Shown piece after piece: positions 1-10,297 of a stretch of DNA of 54,065 nt (the stretch's first letter is position 1; each line of letters starts with the position of its first letter). A program made the position numbers and the translations under genes. The DNA is taken from positions 1-54,065 of the forward strand of contig JAIPIC010000003.1 of the NCBI GenBank assembly GCA_021734865.1. The letters are read 5' to 3'. Under the pieces are notes generated by a model. That model did not search any database. It saw nothing but the letters and a program-made list of their open reading frames with translations, and had not been told where the DNA came from. This stretch comes from Candidatus Woesearchaeota archaeon. Its GTDB lineage: Archaea > Nanobdellota > Nanobdellia > Woesearchaeales > JAIPIC01.

Positions 1-183
1 AAAAACTGCTCACACGAGTCCATACTCGTATGTGCAGTTTTCTGTTACCAAAAATTGCCTATGGATTGTGAGCCCTTTAATACGGAGAAAAGCAAAGCTT
101 TTCTTGTACACAAAAATGCTTTACATTTTTATTGTACCCATGCTTTAGCTTGGGGTCAGGGCGAACGGCAATTTTTGTTATAT
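1..183. repeat. Modular hairpin-array repeat, copy A (right-hand part)
   Basis: 48-183 is near-identical to 27891-28025, and 1-67 is identical to 53999-54065. Contains stems AAAACTGC..GCAGTTTT, AGAAAAGC-aaa-GCTTTTCT, AAAAATG..CATTTTT and the enclosing pair CAAAAATTGCC/GGCAATTTTTG. Confidence 0.9.
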
Positions 184-289
184 TAAAATATGAATCAGGG
201 GAAAAAATATTCAAAAATAATTAAAATCCCAAGTGTTCATGCAAAATTGATTATTACAAAACAAGTGTGAGTCTTACAATATCTATATC

Positions 290-1159
290 TTACATGAAAA
301 TTAAGACTGTCAATCCAAGCAATGCACAGTATACCCAGAAATAATTGATTTTCCTGACTATTCTCATCAAAAAACCAATTGTCAAATACCCGACAATTGC
401 AGACGTTACTAAACCAATAAGTAAAAGAACAATGGATTCACCTGTCAGAACCTTGACCATTCCAACACCCGACATCATTGACATTATCTTATAACCTAAA
501 GCAGCTAGGATGGCTGGTATGAAAATCAAAAAAGAAAACCTTGCAGATTGAGTGCTTTCCAATCCCACAAACCTGCCAGCGGCAATTGTAGATCCAGATC
601 TGCTTATTCCAGGAATAACCGCCAGTCCCTGAAATATTCCTATTAAGAATCCATGATAAAGGCTAATCTTTTTCTGGTCAGAATGGTGAGCATTTTTTTC
701 AGCTCCTACTTTAATATTTTTCTTTAAGTGTTTTATACCAGTATTGTCATTATCATTACTCTTATTATGATTATTGTAAAAACCAGATAGGAATAACAAT
801 AGAGCACTAAACAGCAGCCCAAAACCCACAATTTTTGGAGCCTGCAAAGAATTTTCAATCATACTTAGCCCAAATCCGATGAAGGCAGTTGGGATAAATG
901 CAGCAATTATTGCTAAGATTAACTGTCGGGATGATTTTTTCCTTGTTATTAGCCCATGAAAGACAGACCAAAGATATCCTCTGAAAAACCAGGTTATGGC
1001 CATAAGTGACCCAATATGTACTGTCATATCAAAGAATACATCCTGCTCCAATCCAAAAATTTCCTTGAAAAGGATAAGATGCCCTGAGCTAGAAACTGGC
1101 AGCCATTCAGTTATACCCTGAATAATCCCAAGAATTAAGGCTTCATATATCTCCATCAT
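290..1159 (-). CDS. uppP: Undecaprenyl-diphosphate phosphatase (BacA/UppP)
   Basis: Motifs QGITEWLPVSSSGH and PGISRSGSTI; multiple TM segments. Confidence 0.95.
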   Translation of the reverse strand: MMEIYEALILGIIQGITEWLPVSSSGHLILFKEIFGLEQDVFFDMTVHIGSLMAITWFFRGYLWSVFHGLITRKKSSRQLILAIIAAFIPTAFIGFGLSMIENSLQAPKIVGFGLLFSALLLFLSGFYNNHNKSNDNDNTGIKHLKKNIKVGAEKNAHHSDQKKISLYHGFLIGIFQGLAVIPGISRSGSTIAAGRFVGLESTQSARFSFLIFIPAILAALGYKIMSMMSGVGMVKVLTGESIVLLLIGLVTSAIVGYLTIGFLMRIVRKINYFWVYCALLGLTVLIFM

Positions 1160-1315
1160 TTATCATTATTCACGTATATTTTCCAATTATTTGTATTTCT
1201 GTCTGCAGAGCCGTCCTACATAATGTGCTTAATTTGTTGTATTCTTCTTCGTATTCATGCACAATAGCACTTTTATTGTAAAAATTTATATATTTATCTG
1301 CTCGAAATAGCCATA

Positions 1316-2512
1316 ATGAAGATAAAACATGCAGACTTAAAAAAGATCGACAACCTTTATCATGAATTCAATAATCTATATAATGTCTTTCTAGACCAGC
1401 TAAACAGAATATCCAACCCAGTTGCACTTGAAGAGATCTTGACGCATATTACAGAACTCAGAAAAAGATTAAAAAAACTTAGACCAACAGAATTTTTTGA
1501 CAAACTTGTGGCTGAACATCTGATGCACTCCTTAAATGCTCAAGAGTATTATGCAAAATATTTCACCGGGACAGTCAAGAATTATGATAAACTTATTGAT
1601 GATGTTAATGGAAAGTGGCTGAAATATGCTAAGCAGAACGTTAAAAATTATGATTATAAATCCAGCTGGCATATGATGAAGCTTAATGCAGATTTCTATG
1701 GTAAACTTATTCATGCTGATGATCCAAAGGTGCAGAAGGTACTCGAAAAACTTGTACCACATATTAAAAAACTGGTGCTTGATTACGGAAAGAAGTTAGG
1801 TATTCTGCCATCTAAATTTAATTTTGATATTTCACTGATGCCGACTCACAGACAGAGAAGCTATTACCTACCTGAAATAAACCGACTTGAATTAGATTCA
1901 AATGAATTCTGGTGCTTCATCGAGAAAGGAAGCATTCATGTAAACTGTATGTGTGCAATGCGGACGATGTTTCATGAGATATTGGGCCACGCTGCACATA
2001 AGGTACACTCAGCCAAGATGCCAAAATCCCTTCAGTTTGACAATTCCACGTCTTATATGCTTGTTAACAGACCACATAAGGAAGGTATCGCACTTAACCA
2101 GCATCCTCTGATATTTGATGCACTGACAAGCATCAAGCACAAGATTATTTTTACAAAGCAGGACCTAAAAAGGATAGAACTTGATGAAGCGGTTACAATC
2201 TCAAATATCAGCTTTCAGCTTTATTTTAGTTACCTCAAAGCAAAAGAAAAATTTAATCCAAAATTCAAAGTGAAAGATGAACTCTACAAGACAACAAAAA
2301 ATCCCGGTATCGCAAGATATTACAAGGAAAAACCATCATATCATGATGTCTCCCTAATCAGAGAAATTGCTTATCTGACAGGACTCAGGCTTGTATCAAA
2401 CATCAAGCAAAAGTATCATAAATCAAAGAAGATCAATCAAGCTTTACTGTCTGGGTGCTGGTCATGGAAAGTGCTGCCAAAATTCATAAGGTACTTCCAT
2501 ACCGAAATATAA
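1316..2512 (+). CDS. Hypothetical protein, putative zincin-like metallopeptidase (DUF885-like)
   Basis: HEILGHAAH followed ~30 aa later by EGIAL; 398-aa ORF with upstream TATA (TTTATATA). Confidence 0.55.
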   Translation: MKIKHADLKKIDNLYHEFNNLYNVFLDQLNRISNPVALEEILTHITELRKRLKKLRPTEFFDKLVAEHLMHSLNAQEYYAKYFTGTVKNYDKLIDDVNGKWLKYAKQNVKNYDYKSSWHMMKLNADFYGKLIHADDPKVQKVLEKLVPHIKKLVLDYGKKLGILPSKFNFDISLMPTHRQRSYYLPEINRLELDSNEFWCFIEKGSIHVNCMCAMRTMFHEILGHAAHKVHSAKMPKSLQFDNSTSYMLVNRPHKEGIALNQHPLIFDALTSIKHKIIFTKQDLKRIELDEAVTISNISFQLYFSYLKAKEKFNPKFKVKDELYKTTKNPGIARYYKEKPSYHDVSLIREIAYLTGLRLVSNIKQKYHKSKKINQALLSGCWSWKVLPKFIRYFHTEI

Positions 2513-2528
2513 TATACAGTAATATAAA

Positions 2529-3170
2529 TCATGGCCAAATAATTTTCCATCCTTTTTTCTTTGCATGATCTAGCAATAAACCATCTGGATTAACTACGAT
2601 TGGATTTCCGACAGATTCAAGAGCAGTAAGGTCTGAATAACTGTCAGTATAAAAATAAGATTTACTCAAATCAATCTTTCGCTTCTTTGCATAGGCCTTC
2701 ATAATCATCGCTTTTTCTTTACCATAACATGTTCTTAAAAATCTACCTGTAAATTTTCCATCTATGACTTCAAGTCTTGCACCTCGAACTTCCACAGACA
2801 GAAAATCTCCCAATGGTTTCAACACCATCTCAGGCGAATTTGACAGGAGTATTACCTTCCCTTTCTTTTTATGCTGTTCAACCAGTTTTTTTATTTTGGG
2901 CCTAATTCTTTTCTTAGTCTTATTGTTGAATATTGATTCAGATAATCTTATGCTTTCCTTATAATCCCACCCTCTTACAATAGCACCCAGACGTAGTTTA
3001 ACAGTATCAAAATTTAAAATTCCAAGCCTATGCCAAATGAAAGCAAATGAGCCTACACATGCAGATAAGAGACTAATCTTGAACCTGCAGAATTGGTGGA
3101 CCAGAACATTCTCAGTCGAATTACCATCGATAATTGTATTATCAACATCAAAAAATGCAACACCGGCCAT
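2529..3170 (-). CDS. HAD-superfamily IB hydrolase (SerB-like)
   Basis: FFDVDNT motif I, LLSNS motif II, GKEKA, YTDSYSD, VVNPD. Confidence 0.9.
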   Translation of the reverse strand: MAGVAFFDVDNTIIDGNSTENVLVHQFCRFKISLLSACVGSFAFIWHRLGILNFDTVKLRLGAIVRGWDYKESIRLSESIFNNKTKKRIRPKIKKLVEQHKKKGKVILLSNSPEMVLKPLGDFLSVEVRGARLEVIDGKFTGRFLRTCYGKEKAMIMKAYAKKRKIDLSKSYFYTDSYSDLTALESVGNPIVVNPDGLLLDHAKKKGWKIIWP

Positions 3171-3208
3171 ACAAACATATATTAATCAGTAGTTTATATA
3201 ATTAACTG

Positions 3209-3772
3209 ATGCCAAAAAAGAGGGAACTTCATAGGAAAAAACCTGATACAGATTCCAATAGGAAGAAAAAAATTGGAAATCGTATTAAAGGTAGGAACGC
3301 TAAGATATCTCCAGTAAATAATCTTCATCCACAATATCACGAAAAACAGTTTTATTATATGCCGTATCTACTCTTCTTTATTGTCCTTCTTGTCGCGGCA
3401 TGGACAAGGACACACTATCTACCATCAATTACACCAGCCCTTTCAATATTGATCTCTTTAGTGGTTATAACAATACTGATATTTGCATTCAATTTTCAGG
3501 AGTTAACCATAGATCTTAATGAGAACACGCTTGTTTTTGGTTTTGGTATACAATATACAAAAATTAAAATTAAGGATATAACGGCTTGCACCCCTGCTAG
3601 TATACCTGCTTCAAAATTTATTGGACTTGGTATTTTTAAAGGATTTGATGGTTCCATTGCATACGCCACATATCACAGAGGTATTCGTATTGTCACAGAC
3701 AAACATGAGTATTATCTTTCTACCCATAACCCTGAAATACTCTGCAGGCTGATAGAAGAACAGAAATGTTAA
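3209..3772 (+). CDS. Membrane protein, two TM helices plus a bPH-like soluble domain
   Basis: Basic N-terminus, two hydrophobic segments, C-terminal YLSTHNPE pattern. Confidence 0.6.
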   Translation: MPKKRELHRKKPDTDSNRKKKIGNRIKGRNAKISPVNNLHPQYHEKQFYYMPYLLFFIVLLVAAWTRTHYLPSITPALSILISLVVITILIFAFNFQELTIDLNENTLVFGFGIQYTKIKIKDITACTPASIPASKFIGLGIFKGFDGSIAYATYHRGIRIVTDKHEYYLSTHNPEILCRLIEEQKC

Positions 3773-4071
3773 ATGATCTCAATCTGAGAAGAATTACCGC
3801 AGTAAAAGAACGTTCTTATCCTGTCAAAACGTTGAGATTGACTAAATATCCTCTTAATTTTTTTAAGCTGCCGTTTTGCCTTTGCTATCCTAAACGAGCA
3901 TTTGACCTCAAAAATGTCAACCTTCTTACCTCTGATACCCATCAAATCAATTTCGCCTTTTAATCTTTTCTTCTGAGAATAAAGTGGCAGATGTGTATGT
4001 ACAGAATCATATTGATCCTCAATGGATCTCTTCAGTTTGTCCAGATAACGATCGTGTTTATCTATTTTCAA
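3769..4071 (-). CDS. Small PD-(D/E)XK nuclease-fold protein (YraN/UPF0102-like)
   Basis: GEIDL...IFEVK motif, followed by AKRQL. Confidence 0.65.
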   Translation of the reverse strand: MKIDKHDRYLDKLKRSIEDQYDSVHTHLPLYSQKKRLKGEIDLMGIRGKKVDIFEVKCSFRIAKAKRQLKKIKRIFSQSQRFDRIRTFFYCGNSSQIEII

Positions 4072-4238
4072 AACACCATTTTAGGGTTGAAATGACTTAC
4101 TGACTCAATTAATATATTTAAAAGTAAACTAATATATATACTTTACTTGTTGCTGATTAGATTATTCTATCAATAACTAATTCATGTTCGAGAATGATAT
4201 CAAAATTATGTAATTAACAATAAAATCGCATGAGGAAT

Positions 4239-5639
4239 TTAAAATATAGATTTGAAGATTTCTACAAGTTTCTTGGCATCTGCCTTCCCTTTTGTAATCC
4301 TCATGACTTGTCCAACCATGAAATTTAAGGATTTAGTGTTTCCTGCCTTTAGCTCTTCAGCAGCCTGTGGATTTTCATTAATTACCTGCTTGCATATTTT
4401 TTTAAGCTCACTATTGTCAGATATGGTCTTTAGGGAGTTACTATTGACGTATTCATTAACATCAAAAGGTTCTTCGACAAGCTTTTCCATAATCTTTTGA
4501 CCAACACTATCTGTGATTGAACCTTCAATGATAAGCTTGAAGAGATCAATAAGATGGCTGGGTTTGATTTTGAGGTCTTCAAATTCAATCTTATTATAAT
4601 TCATTACTCTCATGAGTTCTCTTCTAATCCATCTCCCTGCAAAAACAGGGTCGATCTCTTCACATACTTCATCATAGATTGCAGCTAGTTTGTGATTACT
4701 GGAAATGACCTTTGCGTCTTCTTCGCTGATATTCTTCTTGTACTTGTCAAGTTTTGCATGATGAAGTTCAGGCATATTCTTTTTTATAGTCTCGATTAAC
4801 TCATCTGAAACATCAATCGGTACGAGATCAGGATCTGTGATATATCCATAATCCTCTTCCGATTCTTTCAAGCGAAGAGAACATGTAATACCTTTTGCAG
4901 CATCCCAACTTCGAGTTTCCATCAAAATTTCAGCACCTTCGCTCACTGCTTGCTTTTGTCTTTCTACCTCATACATGAGTGCACGTTCAATCTCTTTGAA
5001 GCCCGTAATATTTTTTACTTCAACCCTTTTATATCCACTCTCTCTAATGGATATATTTGCGTCCGCCTTGATTATACATGAGTCTGTATCAAATATTTCA
5101 AGATAATTTAAAATTTTGATTAGTTCTTTCATGAAATCCCTTGCTTCATTTGGGCTAGTCATATCAGGTTCAGTAACTATCTCGATAAGTGGATTACCAC
5201 TTCTGTTGTAATCAACCAGCACATAAGCAGAATCATTTATCCCAGCTGGATGTGTCAATGCTGCTGGGTCCTCTTCAATATGTGCCCTATTGATTTTTAT
5301 CTTCTTCCCTGACGAAAGCTTGATTATCCCATTGCTGCATAATGGTATCTCAAATTGCGTTATCTGGTAATTCTTTGCCATATCTGGGTAAAAATAAGAT
5401 TTCCTTGAGAAAACGAGCGACTTAGCGATATTGCATCCGATAGCAAGACCAAACCTTAACCCATAATCAAGTACTTTCTTGTTCATAACTGGTTTTGATC
5501 CCGGATGTCCCAGACATATAGGACATACTCTGCTATTTCGCTTGTCGTTACCTTCTCTAGGACAACTGCAGAATAGTTTTGTATTTGTATCTAGCTCAGC
5601 GTGAACTTCAAGTCCTATTACAATTTCGCTTTCAAACAT
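4239..5639 (-). CDS. gatB: Asp/Glu-tRNA amidotransferase subunit B
   Basis: IGLEVHAEL, RKSYFYPD, DYNRSGNPLIEIVTEPD, RVEVKN, C-terminal YqeY-like domain. Confidence 0.97.
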   Translation of the reverse strand: MFESEIVIGLEVHAELDTNTKLFCSCPREGNDKRNSRVCPICLGHPGSKPVMNKKVLDYGLRFGLAIGCNIAKSLVFSRKSYFYPDMAKNYQITQFEIPLCSNGIIKLSSGKKIKINRAHIEEDPAALTHPAGINDSAYVLVDYNRSGNPLIEIVTEPDMTSPNEARDFMKELIKILNYLEIFDTDSCIIKADANISIRESGYKRVEVKNITGFKEIERALMYEVERQKQAVSEGAEILMETRSWDAAKGITCSLRLKESEEDYGYITDPDLVPIDVSDELIETIKKNMPELHHAKLDKYKKNISEEDAKVISSNHKLAAIYDEVCEEIDPVFAGRWIRRELMRVMNYNKIEFEDLKIKPSHLIDLFKLIIEGSITDSVGQKIMEKLVEEPFDVNEYVNSNSLKTISDNSELKKICKQVINENPQAAEELKAGNTKSLNFMVGQVMRITKGKADAKKLVEIFKSIF

Positions 5640-5723
5640 TTTCTTCCATATCTTTGGGTCTTAGTCAACAAATCTTGAATATCTCCAATATTTTATAATA
5701 CAATTTTGATATAATCTAATGAA

Positions 5724-7178
5724 TTAAGGTGCGTTCTTTTCAATATTAAATGCAACATTCAGTAGTTTCTCTTCACAAAAATGGTCTCCTGAAAGCATAA
5801 CTCCTACTGGCAATCCGTCAATCATTCCGTAAGGGATATTGATATGAGGCAGTCCAGCCAAATTTGGGCCGACCGTAAGTACATCCATCATGTAATTTTG
5901 TAAAACAGACAGATTCTTTATCTCGTCGAATCTTGGAGGCAGAACAGGCATGGTCGGAGTCAGCAGAGCATCAACATTCTTGAAGGCTTTCTTGTACTCA
6001 TTGATGATAACTGTCCGTACTTTCAAAGCTTTGAGATAATATGCATCTCTGAAACCTGCCATTCGTGCGAAAGTCCCTAGTATAATTCTCCTTTTAGCTT
6101 CTTGTCCAAAATGTTTTGATCTTACTTTTGTGAAATACTCATTGAAATTACCCTTTAGGGATTCATGTTTACCATAACGCATCCCGCAGTATTTGGCAAG
6201 ATTTGTTGAAGCTTCACATACTGCTATGATATAATATGAAGGGAGAGCATATTCTGATGGAACAGCTAGAGATATCTCTTCAATTATGGCTCCTTGAGCT
6301 TTTAAATCTGATGCACATTCATTCACTTTATTCTTGATGGATTCATCCACACCTTCACCAAGGCTTTCCTTTACGATACCAATCTTCATCCCAGATATCG
6401 GTCTGTCAATATTTTTTGTATAATCAATGTTTTTTGAACCATCATCGGACTTCTCTTTACTATTTGCTGGATTATAAGATGTTGAATCTTTTTCATCATG
6501 CCCTGCGATAATACTTAGCATAAGTGCACAATCCTCGACAGTCTTGCCAATTGGCCCAATTTTATCCATTGAATTTGCATAATCCAAGAGCCCGTATCGT
6601 GATACTAATCCATATGTTGGTGTTAATCCAACAACTCCACAAAAACTGGCTGGAGACGCTATAGAACCACCAGTGGATTCTCCTAATGATATGTGTGGGA
6701 AATCAGCAACTTGTGCCATACCTGCACTACCCCCACTGCTACCGCCTGCTGCTCTCTGGATATCGAAAGGATTAACAGGTTGTTTAATACCAATACCAGT
6801 GTTTGTCGAAAAGCTTCCAAATCCAAACTCATCTTGAGTAGTTTTACCAATTATTATGGCCCCCTCAGAGATGATCTTATTGATTACAGTAGCGTTAAAA
6901 ACGGGCTTATAACCAGACAATATTCTTGAAGAAGACCTAGTCTCAACACCCTTGACAGCAATACAGTCCTTAACACTGACATAAACTCCAGCTAATCTGC
7001 CTTTTGGTTTTATCGAAACATTATTTGACAACTCTCTTGCCAGACCAGTAGATATCGCTCCCAAATAATGATATTTATCATTTAGAGAATCCAGATTGCT
7101 TAGTACCTCTTCTGTTTCTTTTTTTATGTCAACAGAACCATTACTGACTCTTTCAATATATTCAATTGTTGATTTCAC
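5724..7178 (-). CDS. gatA: Asp/Glu-tRNA amidotransferase subunit A
   Basis: Amidase signature GGSSGGSA, GESTGGSI, RRIILGTF; lies between gatC and gatB. Confidence 0.96.
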   Translation of the reverse strand: MKSTIEYIERVSNGSVDIKKETEEVLSNLDSLNDKYHYLGAISTGLARELSNNVSIKPKGRLAGVYVSVKDCIAVKGVETRSSSRILSGYKPVFNATVINKIISEGAIIIGKTTQDEFGFGSFSTNTGIGIKQPVNPFDIQRAAGGSSGGSAGMAQVADFPHISLGESTGGSIASPASFCGVVGLTPTYGLVSRYGLLDYANSMDKIGPIGKTVEDCALMLSIIAGHDEKDSTSYNPANSKEKSDDGSKNIDYTKNIDRPISGMKIGIVKESLGEGVDESIKNKVNECASDLKAQGAIIEEISLAVPSEYALPSYYIIAVCEASTNLAKYCGMRYGKHESLKGNFNEYFTKVRSKHFGQEAKRRIILGTFARMAGFRDAYYLKALKVRTVIINEYKKAFKNVDALLTPTMPVLPPRFDEIKNLSVLQNYMMDVLTVGPNLAGLPHINIPYGMIDGLPVGVMLSGDHFCEEKLLNVAFNIEKNAP

Positions 7179-7459
7179 ACAGCACCAGGCCCCCTGAAGA
7201 AACCATCATTCTTATGCTCTGTATTCTCAAGAGCCTCTTCTTGATTAAGACACTTACCTGGTGTGTCATCCCTCAATGCGTTTTTTATTTCTATTGGATG
7301 GAAGCTTGGTTCAACATCATCTGTATTGATCTTATCTAGAACAGTGAAAAACTCCAACACTTCCTTTAATTGAGGAGTAAACTCTTTCACTTCCTCATCT
7401 GTTAGTTTTATTCTCGAAAGTCCTGCGACTTTTATTATGAGATCATGATCAACATTCAT
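7175..7459 (-). CDS. gatC: Asp/Glu-tRNA amidotransferase subunit C
   Basis: 94 aa, VA.LSRI, LRDD, GFFRGP; overlaps gatA start. Confidence 0.93.
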   Translation of the reverse strand: MNVDHDLIIKVAGLSRIKLTDEEVKEFTPQLKEVLEFFTVLDKINTDDVEPSFHPIEIKNALRDDTPGKCLNQEEALENTEHKNDGFFRGPGAV

Positions 7460-7604
7460 AAGCCATTATGTAATAGCTTGTTTTTTATAAAACTTTCTTG
7501 CAGTTAACACTAGTTAACACTTATATGAATTGTTTTTTATCATCTGATACACAAATAAATAGAGATATTTTTATCAAAGTATACAAATATTCAAGTATAC
7601 AAAA

Positions 7605-7652
7605 AAGTATAAACCAACTTAAGTATAAACCAACTTAAGTATAAAACAACTT
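7605..7652. repeat. 16-bp tandem repeat x3 (AAGTATAAACCAACTT) in the divergent gatC/pilin intergenic region
   Basis: Units at 7605, 7621 and 7637 (one mismatch); also AGTTAACACT x2 at 7502-7521. Confidence 0.85.
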
Positions 7653-7705
7653 ATTATACCTATCAATAGGCTAATATGAAACAATAATAAAGTTTATATA
7701 TGTAA

Positions 7706-8218
7706 TTGTCCAGTACAATATTGAATAACCAGATCATAAAAGAGGTGCAGCATATCGGAAACAAAAAAACTAAAGCACAGTATTCCATGGAACTCATAAC
7801 AATCATGACGGTCGGTGTGTTTCTCATCTTGCCCATCCTCTATATGTTCTATTATTATTCTCAGTCATCTGTTGAAAGTGTATCATCAGATATCGTCCTA
7901 ATGATTGGAAACGAAATTGTAAATAATGCAGAGATGGTTCAGTATTTTGGCGACCCTTCAAAGGTATCTTTTGAAGTAGGAATGCCTGATGGAATAGATG
8001 AAATTGCAATCAATCGGCATAATGACACTGTGTATGAAATACTTTTTATTAGAAAAACTAATGATAATGAAAATAGATCAGTCTATGCATTTACCTCTTC
8101 TGTTCCACTTAATGGTTCTTTTGGAGAAGCATCAATTAGTGCAGGAAAAAAGACTATAGTGTGTCAGTCACTTAAGAACGCTGATGATTTTAAGTATGTT
8201 AATGTGAGCATTTATTGA
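7706..8218 (+). CDS. Class III signal peptide (pilin-like) protein; true start probably ~7745
   Basis: KTKAQ-YSMEL followed by a hydrophobic helix. Confidence 0.75.
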   Translation: MSSTILNNQIIKEVQHIGNKKTKAQYSMELITIMTVGVFLILPILYMFYYYSQSSVESVSSDIVLMIGNEIVNNAEMVQYFGDPSKVSFEVGMPDGIDEIAINRHNDTVYEILFIRKTNDNENRSVYAFTSSVPLNGSFGEASISAGKKTIVCQSLKNADDFKYVNVSIY

Positions 8219-8332
8219 ACATAATTATCTAAAATTTACCTTTCCTAATCCTAACTAGTCTAGTTTAAATGTCTATCTTTGGTTCATTCCACAACAAAAC
8301 ATTTAAATATTTGTTTCCTAATAATCTATATT

Positions 8333-8791
8333 ATGTACACAAAAAGGGGGCAAACTTTTTCACTTGATCTCATTATCGGATCAGTTGTATTTATAGTATT
8401 ACTGATTATATTTTTATTATACTCCATGTCAAATGTTGAGGATGACCAGACAAAAATTAACCTCGAGCAGGATGCTTCTGTTGTTGTTGGTAAAACTTTA
8501 ACAACATCTCGCCCAACACCAAACGGGTCATTTATCGTTGGAAATACAATAAACAGTTCGCTTCTTGCTAGTCTCACAGGCTATACTTATGCAGAACTGA
8601 AAAGTATGTATGGAAGTCGTTATGATTTTTGTATGTATTTTGAGGATAACAAAGGCGACTTGATTGATCTTGACACAAGGCCCGAGTACGTTCAGTATTC
8701 GATAGGGTCTCCAACTGCTAATTTTTCGATATTCTATGCTGACGGCAGATACAAAGAAACACTTAAATGTGGCGAGTCAAAGCATATTTGA
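8333..8791 (+). CDS. Class III signal peptide (pilin-like) protein
   Basis: MYTKRGQ-TFSLDLIIG followed by a hydrophobic helix; start moved to ATG 8333. Confidence 0.78.
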   Translation: MYTKRGQTFSLDLIIGSVVFIVLLIIFLLYSMSNVEDDQTKINLEQDASVVVGKTLTTSRPTPNGSFIVGNTINSSLLASLTGYTYAELKSMYGSRYDFCMYFEDNKGDLIDLDTRPEYVQYSIGSPTANFSIFYADGRYKETLKCGESKHI

Positions 8792-8886
8792 ATTAATTCT
8801 GGAATTAAAGCAAAATTTACTAAACAGGCATTTATGCTTTAATTTGACATACAATCTTAAATATTATTTTGTACTTACTAGTCTTG

Positions 8887-10119
8887 ATGTCAATTTCAGA
8901 TGAACTTAAAAGGCGTGATATTGAACTTCTAGCGCCAGCATCAAATTGGGCAATGCTTATGGCAGCATTAAATAATGGTGCGAATAGTATTTATTTTGGC
9001 CTAAAAGAATTAAACATGAGGATAACAGCCCAAAATTTTAATCTTAAGGATATAGGCAAAATCGTAAAAAACTGCCATGAAATAGGAGCCAAAGCATATC
9101 TTACTTTAAACACAATAATCTATGATGATGAAATATTGCGTCTTAAGACTGTCTTAAAAAGTGCAAAGAAGTCGGGAATCGATGCTGTTATTGTATCTGA
9201 CATGGCGGCTATTTCCCTGTCCAAAGAAGCAGGGATACCCATACATATTTCGACTCAGGCATCGATATCCAATAGTAATGCTGCAGCAGAATACGCAGAA
9301 TTGGGCGCATCAACAATAAATCTTGCTAGAGAACTATCTCTTGAACAAATAAAGAAGATTAATGCAAATCTGAAACCTGGTTTTCCCAGAGTTGAAGTAT
9401 TCTGCCACGGGGCAATGTGCGTATCAATATCAGGCAGATGTTTCTTGAGTCAATTTGCCTATAATAAATCAGCCAACAGAGGTGACTGTATACAACCATG
9501 CAGACGTGAATATAAGATTACCGATCCGGAGACAGGACAAAAATTTGACTTGGCAAATAATTATATCATGTCGCCAAAGGATCTCTGCACAATTGAATTT
9601 ATCGATAAAATTCTTGAGACTGGTGTGGATGCTTTGAAAATTGAGGGACGAGCCAAGCAGCCAGAATATGTTGCTGTAGTCACAAGAGCATACAGGCAGG
9701 CGATTGATCTTTGGAAACAAGGAAAATTGACAAAAAAGAGCAAAGAGTCCCTTAAGGAAGAAATGCTGGAAGTGTACAATAGAGAATTCCATTCAGGATT
9801 CTATTTCTCAAAACCGCTTAAAGAGTTCACCGATGATTATGGGTCAAAATCAAGAACATATAAGTTATTTATAGGTAAAGTGATAAATTATTACGCAAGG
9901 AGCCAAGCTGCTGAAATTAAATTGAATACTGGAACCCTTTCGATAGATGATAAAATATACATAATGGGTCCAACAACAGGAGTCATAAAGCTGGCCATTA
10001 AAAGCATTCAGATTGACAACAAGAACGTGATTATCTCAAATAAAGGAGAAATTGTGGGTATTACTGTACCACAAAAAGTCAGGAAAAATGATGACGTATA
10101 CATCATAAAACAGAGATAA
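8887..10119 (+). CDS. U32 family peptidase (tRNA/rRNA hydroxylation TrhP/RlhA-like)
   Basis: ELLAPA, HISTQAS, HGAMCVSISGRC, NRGDCIQPCRR, LKIEGR. Confidence 0.93.
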   Translation: MSISDELKRRDIELLAPASNWAMLMAALNNGANSIYFGLKELNMRITAQNFNLKDIGKIVKNCHEIGAKAYLTLNTIIYDDEILRLKTVLKSAKKSGIDAVIVSDMAAISLSKEAGIPIHISTQASISNSNAAAEYAELGASTINLARELSLEQIKKINANLKPGFPRVEVFCHGAMCVSISGRCFLSQFAYNKSANRGDCIQPCRREYKITDPETGQKFDLANNYIMSPKDLCTIEFIDKILETGVDALKIEGRAKQPEYVAVVTRAYRQAIDLWKQGKLTKKSKESLKEEMLEVYNREFHSGFYFSKPLKEFTDDYGSKSRTYKLFIGKVINYYARSQAAEIKLNTGTLSIDDKIYIMGPTTGVIKLAIKSIQIDNKNVIISNKGEIVGITVPQKVRKNDDVYIIKQR

Positions 10120-10297
10120 TATATTCAAAACCCAACTGATGATCTCTGTATTTTAAACTCACTGAAGGGTCGTGTCTCTGGAACTTAAATTACTTTTAGT
10201 CTGATTTCTTTGATTTATCAATAATTATTGCACCGAAAGCTATATAAATACTAAAATAATGAAATATCTTATTTTTAACAGTAAAAGAGGTGTTATA

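Noticed and set aside
1-183. Group II intron domain V/VI or CRISPR interpretation of the hairpin repeat
   Set aside because: No catalytic-triad domain V hairpin, no RT ORF, and no regular repeat-spacer period.
7605-7652. Possible CRISPR array
   Set aside because: Units are contiguous 16-mers without spacers, and no cas genes are present.
10137-10204. Possible box C/D sRNA (TGATGA ... CTGA ... CTGA)
   Set aside because: No clear C' box, spacing longer than typical, and no target could be checked.
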